Part shown: positions 24,558-37,062 of the stretch, piece after piece | How positions within the stretch are numbered: the first letter of the stretch is position 1 | Layout: each line of letters opens with the position of its first letter | Source: Batkoa obscura | Lineage: Eukaryota | Assembly: GCA_030770535.1 (NCBI GenBank) | Contig: JASVEC010000101.1 | Location: 1 to 58,032 of the forward strand | Direction of reading: 5' to 3' | Length of the DNA: 58,032 bases | Program-made: the position numbers and the translations under genes | The notes under the pieces: generated by a model | Database searches by the model: none | Seen by the model: only the letters and a program-made list of their open reading frames with translations | What the model was told of the DNA's origin: nothing

Positions 24558-25149
24558 AAGAGTACTGTATATATATTTTTACAAGTATTCTGATATTGTT
24601 TGAATAATTTTTAAAAGTTTTAATAAAAGTACTTTTACTAAATTTAGTAATTTCATTTTTATAAGTAATTTTAATGATACATTGTTGTGATGATGAACAT
24701 ATTAAGTTTATGTTGTGAGAAAATAATTTTATTTTAATTGGTTTAAGTCACATTCCATCAAAATTTCTGTTTTGATTATAATCGTTACCAATTAGAGCTA
24801 AAGTATTTAATCCCTTTATAATAATTTCATTTTGCATCAGTATTAATAATGTAAAAAAAGTTAAATACTGTAGTATTATAATACTCCATGCTAATAATTG
24901 AGACAGTGTTCTTTTGTTTCATAAATGCCAATACGATTTGGTAAAAAATTAATTGAATGGAGCTAATTCTTTGTACTTTAGATGAATAGCAGCTAGTGAA
25001 GGCTATCTTTAAAAATAAGTCATTATTAAACGTAAGCTGTAAAAAAAGGGTGAAGACGATTTAATTTAAATCCCTTTTTAAAAATAAGTTAACTAGAGTT
25101 AATTTTATATGCATTGTCTCTTTAACATTGTTTATTTAATATACGGTAC

Positions 25150-25254
25150 ATATGGGGATGTATTTTTCATTTAAGAATTTGCTAACGATTTTTCCACTCA
25201 AATAACGCTTAAAAGATGGAAAAAGTAGTGAAATAAAAAAAAACATCCCCATAT
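25150..25254 (-). mobile_element. MITE-A copy
   Basis: ATATGGGGATGTATTTTT...AAAAAAACATCCCCATAT. Confidence 0.92.
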
Positions 25255-25948
25255 GTTAATATACTAAAATATGCGTCATAAGGTGATAGATAGCATATTT
25301 CAATTGAATCAAAATTTCCAAAATATAGCTAGAGACATCTATTATAGTTTATATTTTAAAACATAATATTTGTATTTAAATAGCTCAAAAATTAAAAGCA
25401 TGATATCTAAATAAACCGTAATATTTGAAAACTGATATTTTCCGCTAATTATTATATAATTGTTGTTAAATCTAGCTTCTATTATTCAATTTTTTATTTG
25501 AAAATATTAAAATAAATATTGAAATATTTTGCGTAATAGTGGCTAGTCTATGATCAAATGAGATTGCAAATTTAGTTAAATAAGATCCATCAACTGTTTA
25601 CCTTCAGTAAATTTAAAATGTTAATCTACTCAACGACTTCGTTTCTAACAGTAGAGTAAATCAAGTAATGTAACAAAAATTATGAAAGTTGAAAAATTGA
25701 AATTAAAGATTACTGTAAAGCTATATATCACCTACCTAAGTAAAAGATATAATTCAAACCATCACTTTATAATAGAATGGTATTGTATACCATTACAGAA
25801 GACTATTAAATATTTTGTTACTTTAATAAACAAACGAAGTGGAGAAGGATAACTAGCATTTAACTAAAAACTATAAATATGCTTTGAACATTAAAACAAT
25901 CATTATGAAACTAGAACTGGAATTATATTATACAAATAGTATTCTAAA

Positions 25949-26248
25949 ATGAAATTATTCATTCCTTCTTTGTTATCTGTTATCTGTTATCATTGCATCT
26001 ATCAGTTTAAATCAACTTATTTCTGCGTCACTTCGTTCTAATAATACTAAATTAACTTCAGTATTCAATGCCAATAATAATCTAGATGTTATAAGTATGG
26101 ATCAAAATATATGTAAATCCACTAACCTTAATAGTGAATTAGAAAGAATGGGACTAATGCTCCAGTAACCGGAGAAAAATCAAAAGCAAGGCGTGCTAAT
26201 ACTCCAGAAAAACCAAGGCTAGTAAACATTGAATCAGAAAGTTTTTAA
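25949..26248 (+). pseudogene. Frameshifted paralog of the secreted repeat precursor at 49338-50048
   Basis: Begins MKLFIPSLLSVI (cf. MKLFTSTLLSIV); an extra 7-bp GTTATCT copy shifts the frame; a later frame reads NAPVTGEKSKARRANTPEKPR (cf. NAPATAEKPKA...RRADLPEKPK). Confidence 0.8.
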
Positions 26249-26298
26249 AGTTATTGGGACTAATCTATAAAAAATCGTATTTATTATGATAAACCATC

Positions 26299-26405
26299 AT
26301 ATGGGGATGTATTTTTATCTCTAAGAATTTTACTAACAAATTTTCCGCTTAAATAGCGCTTAAAAAATGGAAAAAATAATGAAGTCAAAAAAAACACTCC
26401 CATAT
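26299..26405 (-). mobile_element. MITE-A copy
   Basis: ATATGGGGATGTATTTTT...AAAAAAACACTCCCATAT. Confidence 0.92.
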
Positions 26406-27550
26406 TCAGAAAATGGCTTTATTTTCTTTTACTGTATACTACACTGATTCAGATTAACTTAATATTTAAATAATAATTAAATGATGTCAATATTTAAATT
26501 TAGTGGTGTAGATCTTTTCATTCATTTTGAGCTTTTAAAGTGTATATAATATTATGTTTTTTATTTTTAATTACTACTATAATATGAAACAACAAATATA
26601 TACATAAAATTTATTTAAGTATTTAGCACAACTAGAGCTCCAATAGCTTAACAAATATAAGCTCATCATAGATGGGATTTAAGACCTGCTTTTTAAACTC
26701 TAATTATAATAAGATAGCTGGAATAAATAGTATTTTTCAAGTTGCTTTTGTAAAAGTTACATAATTTGCCTTAATGAATTGTATTTATAAGTACTACTAA
26801 AATATATTTGAATAACACATCATTATAAACGACTCAAATAGACGCATATTGTTAATAAATTTGATACTTTGATTAATTTTACTAACTGTAAAAAAACAGC
26901 CAATAAGTATAGTTAAGTGGTATACAAAAAGTTTTAATTTTAGATTTTTATACTATATAATATTTGAGTTTATTTATTAAATATGGATTGAATCATAAAG
27001 GAAAGTAAATAAAACTAATAAAAGTATATCCATTGAAAAAAGGAATTATTTACAACCTAAAAATAATATCAAACCTAGAAGGGGTTTCGAAAAACAACTA
27101 TAAAAATAAATATAACACTCAAGTTTATAAAAGTCTCTCTTAGCTAAAAACTAGCTATATTTCCTCTGTTCAATGTAGCCTACGGTTGACTCAAGCCAAT
27201 TCAATACGCCAGCCTTTTGAGCTAGGAAAATAATGTTATTATTTTATGAATTGGGATCTAAGGAAAGTAGGCTAAGTGATATATTTTCATTATTTCGACT
27301 TATATATTGGATTAGAGTATCTAATTCTTGAAAATTATGGGACCTAAAACTTAATATATTAATTGGTTGGAAATTGACCATTAATTTTTAACAAATTGAA
27401 ATTTACTTAATAAATTATTCAAGCAAGAGCTTTATTTACAAAATCCTTAATTTTAACCAATAAGTTTCAAGGTGCACAAATTGCTTTTGTGCAAATAAAA
27501 TACTGTATTTTAATGCTCCAAATATTGACTTTATCCTTTATTAATTTGAA

Positions 27551-29602
27551 ATGTATATAAGAAATTTAACTAGTATAATAAGAAACCATAGTAAATTCAA
27601 TAGAGATCTGTTGAAAATGTATAGTATCACCACATTGTTTAGAAAAAATCTCAACAATCCTTTAAAAGAAATAGACTTTGATGATACTTTTAAAAACCAA
27701 TATGATATAGATTTTCTAGATAATAATGATACCTTTCTCAAAAAGTGGATTGCTTTCAATAATTTAAAACACAATGAAAAGTTAAAGTTTACTATATTTA
27801 CATACAATCACTTACTCAGAGGATTAAGTTTTGATACTGGGAAATTTAAGACAGAGGCAGAAAAATTATTTAGGCATTTGGAGGCGGGTACGCTATATGG
27901 TGTAAAAGCTGATATTAATACATATAATTTAATGTTAATGTTTTATTCTCATAATAATGATTATAATAATGTAGAAAGTATATTTAACAAGATACTGAAG
28001 AATATGCATTTAAAGCCAAATATCATCACTTTTAATAGTTTATTGAAAGCATACTCAAAAAATGAAGGCAATCTAAATAAAATGGAAAAGATTTTATATA
28101 AAGTAATGCCCAAATATGATGTCGAGCCTAGCTGTATAACATACACTATTCTATTGTCAGGGTGTTGTCAAAATAGAAATTTAGAAAAAGGCTACAAATT
28201 TCGTAATCATATGGGAAAATTTAATATTATACCTGATACAAAGTTTTACAATTCATTGTTGAAATTGTATTCTATTTGCAATGTAGATTATGGGACTGTA
28301 TTAAATCTGTATGAGGACTTATTAAAAGGAAACGTCAAATTAGATCGTTTTAGTTATGGGCATTTATTAGAAACTCTAACTAAGCAAGGACAAAACGAAG
28401 TAGCTGTCAAGATATTTAATGAGATGCTAAAAAGTAAAATAGAACCAAATGTTTATATAATGGAGTTATTAAAATTGAGCCCATTGGAATTATTAGATAA
28501 TATGAAAGAAGCAAATATGGAGCCATCACCTAAATTTTATAATACGTTGCTAAATAATACAGTAAAGAGTGGAGATTATTTACTAAGTTTCAAGATAATT
28601 AATCATATGAGGGAAAATTTATTAGAGCCTACAGTACATTCATATAATATATTAATGGATACATACCTTTCGCTAAAAAAACCAGACAAATGCCTTGAGC
28701 TTTTTGATGAGATGAAAGAAAAAGGTATTAAAGGGGATTCATACATATATAGATCAATGATAGGCGCAGCAGGATTAAAAGAGGATATAGAGTTAGCGAT
28801 TAAATATTTAGATGAGGCTAAACAGGAAAACATACCTCCAAACACATTTCTATACAATTCAGTTTTAAATATTTGTGCAAGGACAAGAAACAAAAGTAAA
28901 TGTAAAGAAATGTTTAATCGGATGGAAAGCGAGGGACTAAATGGGAACATCGATAGCTATAACTATTTATTACAAACGCTTAATGGGCAAAATGATTTCT
29001 CACAGGGATGGAAACTGTATAAATTAATGTTAAGCAAAAAAGTAGTACCAAATAAAGTGACATATATATATTTAAATAAACTATGTTATGATAAAATGGA
29101 CGTCGCAAAATCCTTAGAGATCTATTATGCAATGCAAGCTAGTAAAGATTGTAAGCCAGATACTATAAGTTGCGATAAATTAATGAAAGTATTACATAAT
29201 ATGAATCAATCGAATAAAGCATTTGAAATATTTATCAACTTTATTTCAAATAATGAAGTATTAATATTAAACAACCAAATTATTAATACATTTTTGGTGC
29301 TGTGTTTAGACAATAATAACTATCGTACAGCAATAGCGACATTTGATAAATTAATTCATTTGATTAAAATCAACAAAATGGGAGATCTACATTTAAATCC
29401 CTCAGTCTATTTAAATTATCTAGAGTTATTGCTTCGAAATGAGCAAAATGAAGCATTTTACAAAGCATTAAATGATAGTACTTTATATTTTAATGTTAAA
29501 TTCGTAAAAAGTGAAATTGAGTCATTATCGAAATATATTGATGATAGTGATGTTCAATTTAATAATTATTTAAGTTCATTACCATCTAACTTGGATTTAT
29601 AG
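27551..29602 (+). CDS. Pentatricopeptide repeat (PPR) protein with many tandem motifs
   Basis: Repeated ~35-aa motifs: TYNLMLMFY, PNIITFNSLLKAY, PSCITYTILLSGC, PDTKFYNSLL, PTVHSYNILMDTY, PNTFLYNSVL. Confidence 0.96.
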   Translation: MYIRNLTSIIRNHSKFNRDLLKMYSITTLFRKNLNNPLKEIDFDDTFKNQYDIDFLDNNDTFLKKWIAFNNLKHNEKLKFTIFTYNHLLRGLSFDTGKFKTEAEKLFRHLEAGTLYGVKADINTYNLMLMFYSHNNDYNNVESIFNKILKNMHLKPNIITFNSLLKAYSKNEGNLNKMEKILYKVMPKYDVEPSCITYTILLSGCCQNRNLEKGYKFRNHMGKFNIIPDTKFYNSLLKLYSICNVDYGTVLNLYEDLLKGNVKLDRFSYGHLLETLTKQGQNEVAVKIFNEMLKSKIEPNVYIMELLKLSPLELLDNMKEANMEPSPKFYNTLLNNTVKSGDYLLSFKIINHMRENLLEPTVHSYNILMDTYLSLKKPDKCLELFDEMKEKGIKGDSYIYRSMIGAAGLKEDIELAIKYLDEAKQENIPPNTFLYNSVLNICARTRNKSKCKEMFNRMESEGLNGNIDSYNYLLQTLNGQNDFSQGWKLYKLMLSKKVVPNKVTYIYLNKLCYDKMDVAKSLEIYYAMQASKDCKPDTISCDKLMKVLHNMNQSNKAFEIFINFISNNEVLILNNQIINTFLVLCLDNNNYRTAIATFDKLIHLIKINKMGDLHLNPSVYLNYLELLLRNEQNEAFYKALNDSTLYFNVKFVKSEIESLSKYIDDSDVQFNNYLSSLPSNLDL

Positions 29603-30278
29603 AGCACTATATTTAACAGATAGAATAAATATTTTTTCAGTTTCTTTATAATTTTGTATGATTATTATTTATCATTTTTTAAAAACGTTTAAAATTCTTT
29701 ATAAAGATCAAAAATGCAACTTAGTCGTAAACTCATTATAAGGTTATTATATAAATAATATAATTATAAAAATGTTATCTGAAACTTTATAACATGACTA
29801 TTAAATATACGAATATAAAATAATTATAAGCTTTATAACGTAATAAGTAATAATATGTTATATTATTGAAGAATAGCTTAATATTATTTTATAGTTTAAT
29901 AAATTTTAGTACGATTTTTATTAAACAGTATTATTCACAATATTAATTAAATTCGTTATCTTTAAAAAGAAATATGGTTTTTGCCACCTTATAAATATAA
30001 TAATTTAATGATTTTAATCATATATCAAATACTACAATTGTATATTATTTGACATTTATTTTATGCATAAACATAATTTACTAGAGAAAAGCAAATATTA
30101 CGGAAATTCCACCAATAAAACCGGTTGGTTGATGAAAAAATTTCCAAGATGTGGTAAAAAATTTTAGGCAAGGGTCAAGCTGCAAATGAAGTGATTTGCT
30201 GATAGTGTAATTTCCCAACATCGAAATAATCCTCCTTTTTTATCTTTAATAACTTTCTCTTAAAGATATCTATTAATA

Positions 30279-31037
30279 ATGCCTCCAAAGGTCGACCCAA
30301 ACGAAGTTAAAATTAGTATGTGATTCGATATATATTAAACTACAACAAATTCATGATAAGATAAAACTATTAAATAACAGTGTTTAAAAAAATATTAGTA
30401 AACAATAAAAATTAATATAATGTATTGTTTATTACAATGAATGAAAAATAAGCATTTTGAGCAAATAACTTACATTTTTTAATAGTCTATCTCCGTGCTA
30501 CCGGTGGTGAAGTAGGTGCTTCATCTGCTCTTGCACCAAAGATTGGTCCCCTTGGTCTTTCCCCAAAGAAAGTAGGTGAAGATATCGCCAAGGCTACCCA
30601 GGAATGGAAAGGTCTTCGTATCACTGTTCAGCTCACTATTCAAAATCGTCAAGCTGCTGTTTCAGTCGTTCCATCTGCTTCTTCTTTAGTTATTAAAGCT
30701 CTCAACGAACCATACAGAGACCGTAAGAAGGAAAAGAACAGTAAGTTTATTCATCCTTAGTTTATCCTTACTAATTTTATTTAGTTAAACATACTGGTAA
30801 CATTACTCTTGAACAAGTTGTTGAAATTGCTCGTGTTATGCGTTACAAATCATTAGCTAAAGAACTCAAAGGTACTGTCAAAGAAATCCTTGGTACTGCC
30901 TTCTCTGTCGGATGTACCGTCGATGGTGAAAATCCAAAGGATCTCGGCGACCGTATTGACGCCGGAGAAGTTGATGTTCCAGTAAGTTGTTTTATTGATT
31001 TCCAAAAAAAAACTAATCATATTTTTAGGAGGAATAA
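30279..31037 (+). CDS. RPL12: 60S ribosomal protein L12 (uL11), 4 exons
   Basis: [45 protein letters not shown]...[19 protein letters not shown]; last exon EE*. Confidence 0.98.
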
Positions 31038-31927
31038 ATTATAAATAAAGCTAACCTTTAAAAGTTACGCGGCTCTAATTTTTCATATTAATTTAATGAA
31101 ATTTTGTAACTAATACTAATATATTTATTTCACTATTTTTTTTAAAGAACTTTTAGTATCATATTCTATTTGATTTAATTATAGGTTTTATGTTGTTGGG
31201 TAATCTAATGAAATTAAGTCTTAAATTAAAGTTTTGTTTTGAATGTAATTTTTATTCTGCTTTTTTCATACAAGTGTTCTTAAATTTATAAATAATTTTG
31301 TTTTATTAAATATATATGTTAAGTAAGGTTACTATGTTTTAAAGCTAGAGCGAATCAGTAATTTCAAATACATACAATCATAAAACGCAAATAATCTATC
31401 AGATACATGACTTTGAAAGCAATACCTACAAAACCAATTTAACAATATTCATTCTTAAAATATCCTCAAGCCATTTAATATCTCAAATAAAAGATAACAA
31501 AGCTATAAACTCATAATTTTGTGTTAATAATTTTTGCAAAATTAAAATAGAGGATTAATTGAACATAAATTCCTGTAGCTGGACCAGATACTTTAGGGTT
31601 ATTAAAAGTCATCTTGCAAATAGAATAGAGTCCTTTGACATACTGATTACTATAAAATGGACCTTTGAAAAATTGGAATTAATTTAGCTAGAATATCAAG
31701 TATTTATAAATCCCAATTTTTTTATTTTTAAAGCAGAATATTTTTAGAATTAGTGTACCTTCAAAAATTACTTTCAAAATTGGCAACTTTGCTATTTATA
31801 ACTATTTGCTCATATCACTTTGTAGGATGTTTAATATTTTAGATTTCAATCTGTTTAAAGGTGGATAAATATTAAAACAAAGGTACTTTTATATGCCTAT
31901 ATGTAAATTTATGAATTGTACTTTATT

Positions 31928-32965
31928 TCAAAATTCATTAATTTCACAAGTAAAGATGATATGATGTTCGGATTCCAATTTGACAGTTACTGTTATATCA
32001 TCAATTAAATTTGATGTGCTAACCAAACCGCCAAAATAACTAGATTCACCATCTATTTTATTATAAATAATTTAAATTAAATTAATGTGACATAAATCAT
32101 AGCTTATAATAAAGTACCTAAATTCCATTTTAAACCTGTAGTATATAATTTTTCTACTTTACCACCTATAGGAAGTAAACCACATGTTGGCCCAATAAAT
32201 TTATCATCAATAAATATTGTATGGTTTTGATCTTTATTTAACAAAAAAGTTAAGGTTTCTGGAGAATACAATAGCACTGTTATATCTCGCGGAAATTTAT
32301 ATAAACTTTGAATTGACGCTAAACTATGATCAAATCTGCCTCCTATTCCCCCATGAATTATTATATTAAGTGGCTTTTCTTTTTTTAGTCATATTTGATT
32401 CAATGGAATTATGTTACCTCGTTTAAGTTTAAACTGACTTGTTTGCTTTTAATCAAGTTATAGCACTTAGTCAAATCCGTAGAATACTGGTCTTCATCCT
32501 GAATAACATTAACACCCTTTTTTTGGCTTTAAAAATCATAACATATTTATATTAAAATAAATTACCAAGTTTTCATAATATTCCTTAGTTTTAGGTAATA
32601 AGGAATCTAAATCTCCATGGATGTAATCTGGCAAAAAACTAATCATATATTGTAATGAAATATAAATGTTCATCAACTAAAATTACTTCATTCTCTTTTC
32701 ATTATTACTTGCGAATCCATCATATAACCTATTTGCCCCTCCATCTGCACATACCCTTATTCTTGCTTTACACAAATTATTATTTTTGTTTATGTTTGTA
32801 TTTTATTGATTTACCATTATTCCATAAATTAATAAATATTTCCGAACTTGGGTTTACAGGTTGGTTTAAAATAATTAGAGCAAACGGACAACTAGCTTCA
32901 TTAGGTACTAATAATTTTTTTAAATTCCATTCTTTTAAATTATCATTACTAGTTGTAGTTGACAT
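31928..32965 (-). CDS. THI80: Thiamine pyrophosphokinase (THI80/TPK1), multi-exon
   Basis: ALIILNQP, CADGGANRLY, PDYIHGDLDS, DQYSTDLTKC, GGIGGRFDH, TTGLKWNL and FGGLVSTSN. Confidence 0.95.
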
Positions 32966-33234
32966 TATAAAAGCAATCACTTCAAATATTTGACTTTTTC
33001 TTTTTATAATTTTTTATTGGTGACGTTTGGATTTTATTTGCAACTTGTAAATTGTTCATAAAAATAAGTTATGTTCTTAAATATACTAAAAGTTAAATAA
33101 AAGTTTAGGCATATAATTAAATATTCAAAATAGTATAAAACAGTGTTATTTCAAATTGTTTTAATTATTTCAAATTAATTCCAAATTAAGCTACATTTAG
33201 AACAAATTGAAATAGTTATAAATTAAAAATTAAA

Positions 33235-34442
33235 TTATTCCCTTCTAAGTACTGTATCAGACCTTGAAAGGGGTTCGAATTTAGAAGCTTGAGAAGCACC
33301 TTCCTCTTCATCAGATTCCTCTTCTGCAAATACTAAATTAGGATTCAAATTTATGTTCAAGCTGATCTTCTCCTCTACTTTTTTTGGTTTATCCTCTTTA
33401 TCTAGATCAGGTATATTAATTAATGGTGGAGGTATTAACGAATACTGCTCAGATAATTTGAGAAATCGTCTATAAAGGCGATGTTGATTCTAAAAACAGG
33501 TTAAAAAACATGCTTAAAACGAAAGAATGCTTACTTCAAATATTTCAAACACCTCTTTATGATGAAAATAAGCATGGGCAAATATTCTATATAATCTTCG
33601 GGAGATGGATAAGAAATGTTTAATCGAACCATTTGGAATGGTAATTCTATTTAATCCTTTATTAAAATTTTAAATATTCTTTGATTGTTTTACCTTGATG
33701 GAAAATATTTTGGATTATTCAATAAAGAAATAGCACCATCTAAAGTATGAACAATATAATCGATAGCACAACACTAGATTATTAGACAAGAAAGATATTA
33801 GGTAGAAAATAATTACCCCTTGTGGACTTGGATGGCAAGCACACAAGAAAAAAAACTCGCTTGCTTTCATTTCAGGGCATGTTTTTGAGTTGCACTCATT
33901 TTGCAATTGCACTACCATATAACTTAATTCTAGGCAAACTTGTCTACAATGTAAAAACATTATTTTATAAAAAAATAAAAAATAAAAAAACCTTAAATGT
34001 TCATATAGCCAAATATCCGGAGATTGAGAATCAGGTATGTTTAATAAAATTTCAATATTCAATGGGTCTCTTCTTATCAAATCTTGTAAATATTCTTGTA
34101 ATGAGCAGGGTGATTCTAGTGTTTCAAAATCTATTTTTGACCAATTGTATGAATCCTAAATAATTGAGTTAGTTTGTTTACATGAAGTTTATTATAAAAG
34201 CAGATTTAAATTACTTCTAATTTGTCACCTATCATTATTCTTCTAAAATTAAGTTGATCATTTTGATTATTAGTTTTTCCTTCATTATTTTTTTCTGATT
34301 TATCTTCTATTTCATTCTTTTTACTTTTTACTTCTTCGCTTTTTAAACTTATCTTTGATTTTGATTTAGACACCTTTTTATTATTGTTTTCTTTGTTACT
34401 TGCCGCCTCCTTCTTTAAATCTTCTTTGCTTTTATGCGCCAT
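33235..34442 (-). CDS. MOB4: MOB4/phocein (STRIPAK subunit), multi-exon
   Basis: WLYEHLR|QVCLEL, TCPEMKASEFFFLCACH, CCAIDYIVHTLD, YFPSR and RRLYRIFAHAYFHH. Confidence 0.93.
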
Positions 34443-35346
34443 ATTAAATTAACTAACTTTTATTAACTAAAAAAATAATTCATGTTAATTTCCGTTAAAG
34501 TTAGTATCCTATATGACTGATTTTCATTGGTTTATTTCAAATATTAATTTGTCCCTATGCTTTTATATAATTTATTTAAAATATTGGTAATATTAAACAT
34601 TTTAAATTCAACTGTTTCAAATAAATTTACTTTAGCTTTTGTGAAGCTATCGAATAACATATTAGCCTAGTTAAAAAAGAATACTGTATGATATTTAAAT
34701 AATTTTAAATGAGGACAAATGACAAGAAAACAAAATAACACGAATACATTTAAAAAAACAAGTTTTATTTAATCAGACTAAAAGACTAAATTTTATATCA
34801 AAAGAAAGGCTAAAAAGACAGAAATAAAATTCTAGTAACAAAGATTAAATAAGGGTTTATTTACAGTGCTATTAGCTATCGCTTTTGATATAACTTAGAT
34901 ATCAGTGGTATAGATTCAGTACAGTGCTGTAAATAATAACAATGCTATGAATAAAATTTCACTATTTCCCCAACCACTTTTAATAAACTAATACAGGTAC
35001 TTCAACTTTGATCCTTTTTATTTATATACATTACCTATAATATCTACAATTTTATAAGCGCATTGTTTGACTCTAATATAACTTGATTATTTATTTTAAT
35101 AACTATTATCTAACAGTGCAATGTGTACATATTTCTGTAATGTATAAACTTAATATTATCATTAGATTTGAGTATGACGTCCTTGTTTGATTCTAAAAAG
35201 TTTGATGTTATAAAAAATTAATAATGCAAGTCATTATAGCTTAAAATTATATTAAAAAATTGGCTCTTTTAATAATTTTTTTTGATGCCCTTTTATTATA
35301 ATCCGAAGCGATATAAATCAGGTTGCAAATTGTTTAAAAAATTAAT

Positions 35347-35799
35347 TTATGGTCCGGCAGTTGGAGCTGGGTTCATCTAAAAATAGCTTTAAGTAAATCT
35401 AAGCACTGAATTAAAATGAAATTACTCTTCTCTTAGCACCAGCATTGCTAACGTTAACAAAACGGCGGAGATAGATAGCTCTTTTTTTAGCACGGCCTAA
35501 TTATATATAAATGAGATGTAATTTATACCTTAACATTTTAATTACCAGTTAATTTCTTTGGCTTTTCTTGCTTTTCAACTTTTGGACATTGTGACTTTAC
35601 TTTACCGGCACGAGCGAGAGAACCGTGTACTTTACCCTTTGATAGAACTGATTTAGTTTTTTGTTTCAAGTCATTTTTTTTCAATTGAGCGGGATCAGGT
35701 TGATTTAGTATCCTTTTTTATTTTTTCGTTTTATTTTAATCTCAATTTATATCTCTCTATGGATATTATAATGGATGTTTTATATTTAATAGTTACCAT
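35347..35799 (-). CDS. RPS30: 40S ribosomal protein S30 (eS30), 4 exons; absent from the ORF track
   Basis: [66 protein letters not shown]. Confidence 0.97.
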
Positions 35800-36299
35800 G
35801 TTGTTTTATACTTTCAACTGTGAGAGTTAATGAGAGGAGGCTATCTTCAATACTTCACTTTACTTGTTATTCAAAATACTACTATATTTGAGGCACATTT
35901 GGCTTAGTTTTGAAGATTTGGGTTATTTTATTGGATGAGTTCTTATTTCGAACCAATTATTACAATTTGATTTTTTATGTCCCTAATTTTAAATCATGAA
36001 CATATAATAGATACTATGTTTATGTATTGTAATATAGGCATCGTTCAATGTACAGTATATATACACATATACATAGATTTTATATAGCATCTTTATATTA
36101 ATATTTTGATAATTAAGAATATTTATGGATTCACAAGTTTAAATTCTTTGTTGGTAAATCGTAATAATGTCTTAAGTTATGACAGTTTTTATTAATTTAT
36201 AACCTTTTAGAACTAAATATTCTAAGTTTAATATCAAAAAATGTACTATTAATTTAATATAAGCAAAAAAACAAATACAGGTTTATTAAATAATAGTAA

Positions 36300-36818
36300 T
36301 TAAATATCATAATCTGGATTTTGAGTATCAAAGCAAATTGGACTTTCAGATCTTTTTTCAGATTTATCTTTCAATACCTCTTCTTCGTAATTTGGTATTG
36401 TTACATATATATTGTGTTTCTCTATTATAAAACATGAGTAACTTATAATATTTATAATAATAAAAAATGAATTACTGCATGTATTAACAGCATGCCTTTT
36501 GTTTGTCAAATTAGTTATTTCATAAATAAAATCGACAAAAGTTTCTAAATAATAGGGTTATCATTTGCTTTTAACTTGATAAAAAAACTTACCAGAATCG
36601 TAGTATTCTTGTATCTTTAACTTCTTATATGATACTTCATTTGGCCCCTCAAAAAATACATTGCTATGCCTTATTGTGCTATTATCGATTGAGACTAATG
36701 GTGGTTTATCTTTGTATTTTAATTTCCTTTTATTATTTTTGTTGATCTTTTTATTTTTACTAATGGGCTTCTCACTATTATCTATTCTGTCTTTATTCTC
36801 TTTCACTTTGCTATTCAT
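36300..36818 (-). CDS. Small hypothetical protein with a Lys-rich N-terminus, spliced
   Basis: ATG 36818; GTAAGT donor after YYDS and a TTTAG acceptor continuing in frame with the 36300-36509 ORF; no family recognised. Confidence 0.55.
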
Positions 36819-36948
36819 TTAAGTTATTACTATAATCTAATCTCTGAACACTTTATCAAATCTACTACAAATAATAAATGTTTTAGTGAGAAAGAAGCCA
36901 ATAATAATTTGTAAGAATTAATTTAAAAAAATAGCAAACAAATGAAGT

Positions 36949-37055
36949 ATATTGGGATGTATTTTTTCATTTAAGAATTTTGCTAGGAATCTTTCCGCTC
37001 AAATAGCGTTTAAAAAATAGAGAAAGTAATGAAATCAAAAAAAACATTCCTATAT
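36949..37055 (-). mobile_element. MITE-A copy
   Basis: ATATTGGGATGTATTTTT...AAAAAAACATTCCTATAT; ends 7 nt from the F-box gene stop codon. Confidence 0.9.
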
Positions 37056-37062
37056 TATATTT

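Noticed and set aside
30317..30485. Longer first intron of RPL12 (also RPS30 intron 1) as possible snoRNA hosts
   Set aside because: No convincing C/D box pair or H/ACA layout; longer introns are common in ribosomal protein genes.
31593..31601. TAACCCTAA on the minus strand in an intergenic region, resembling a telomerase RNA template
   Set aside because: A 9-mer of this composition is expected roughly once by chance in a window this size (another lies in a CENP-T exon near 11010), and no pseudoknot or other support was seen.
34857..34936. Short inverted repeat TTATTTACAG...CTGTAAATAA with a Tc1-like TA-CAGTG left end
   Set aside because: Single copy, short, and degenerate on the right; could be chance in AT-rich DNA.
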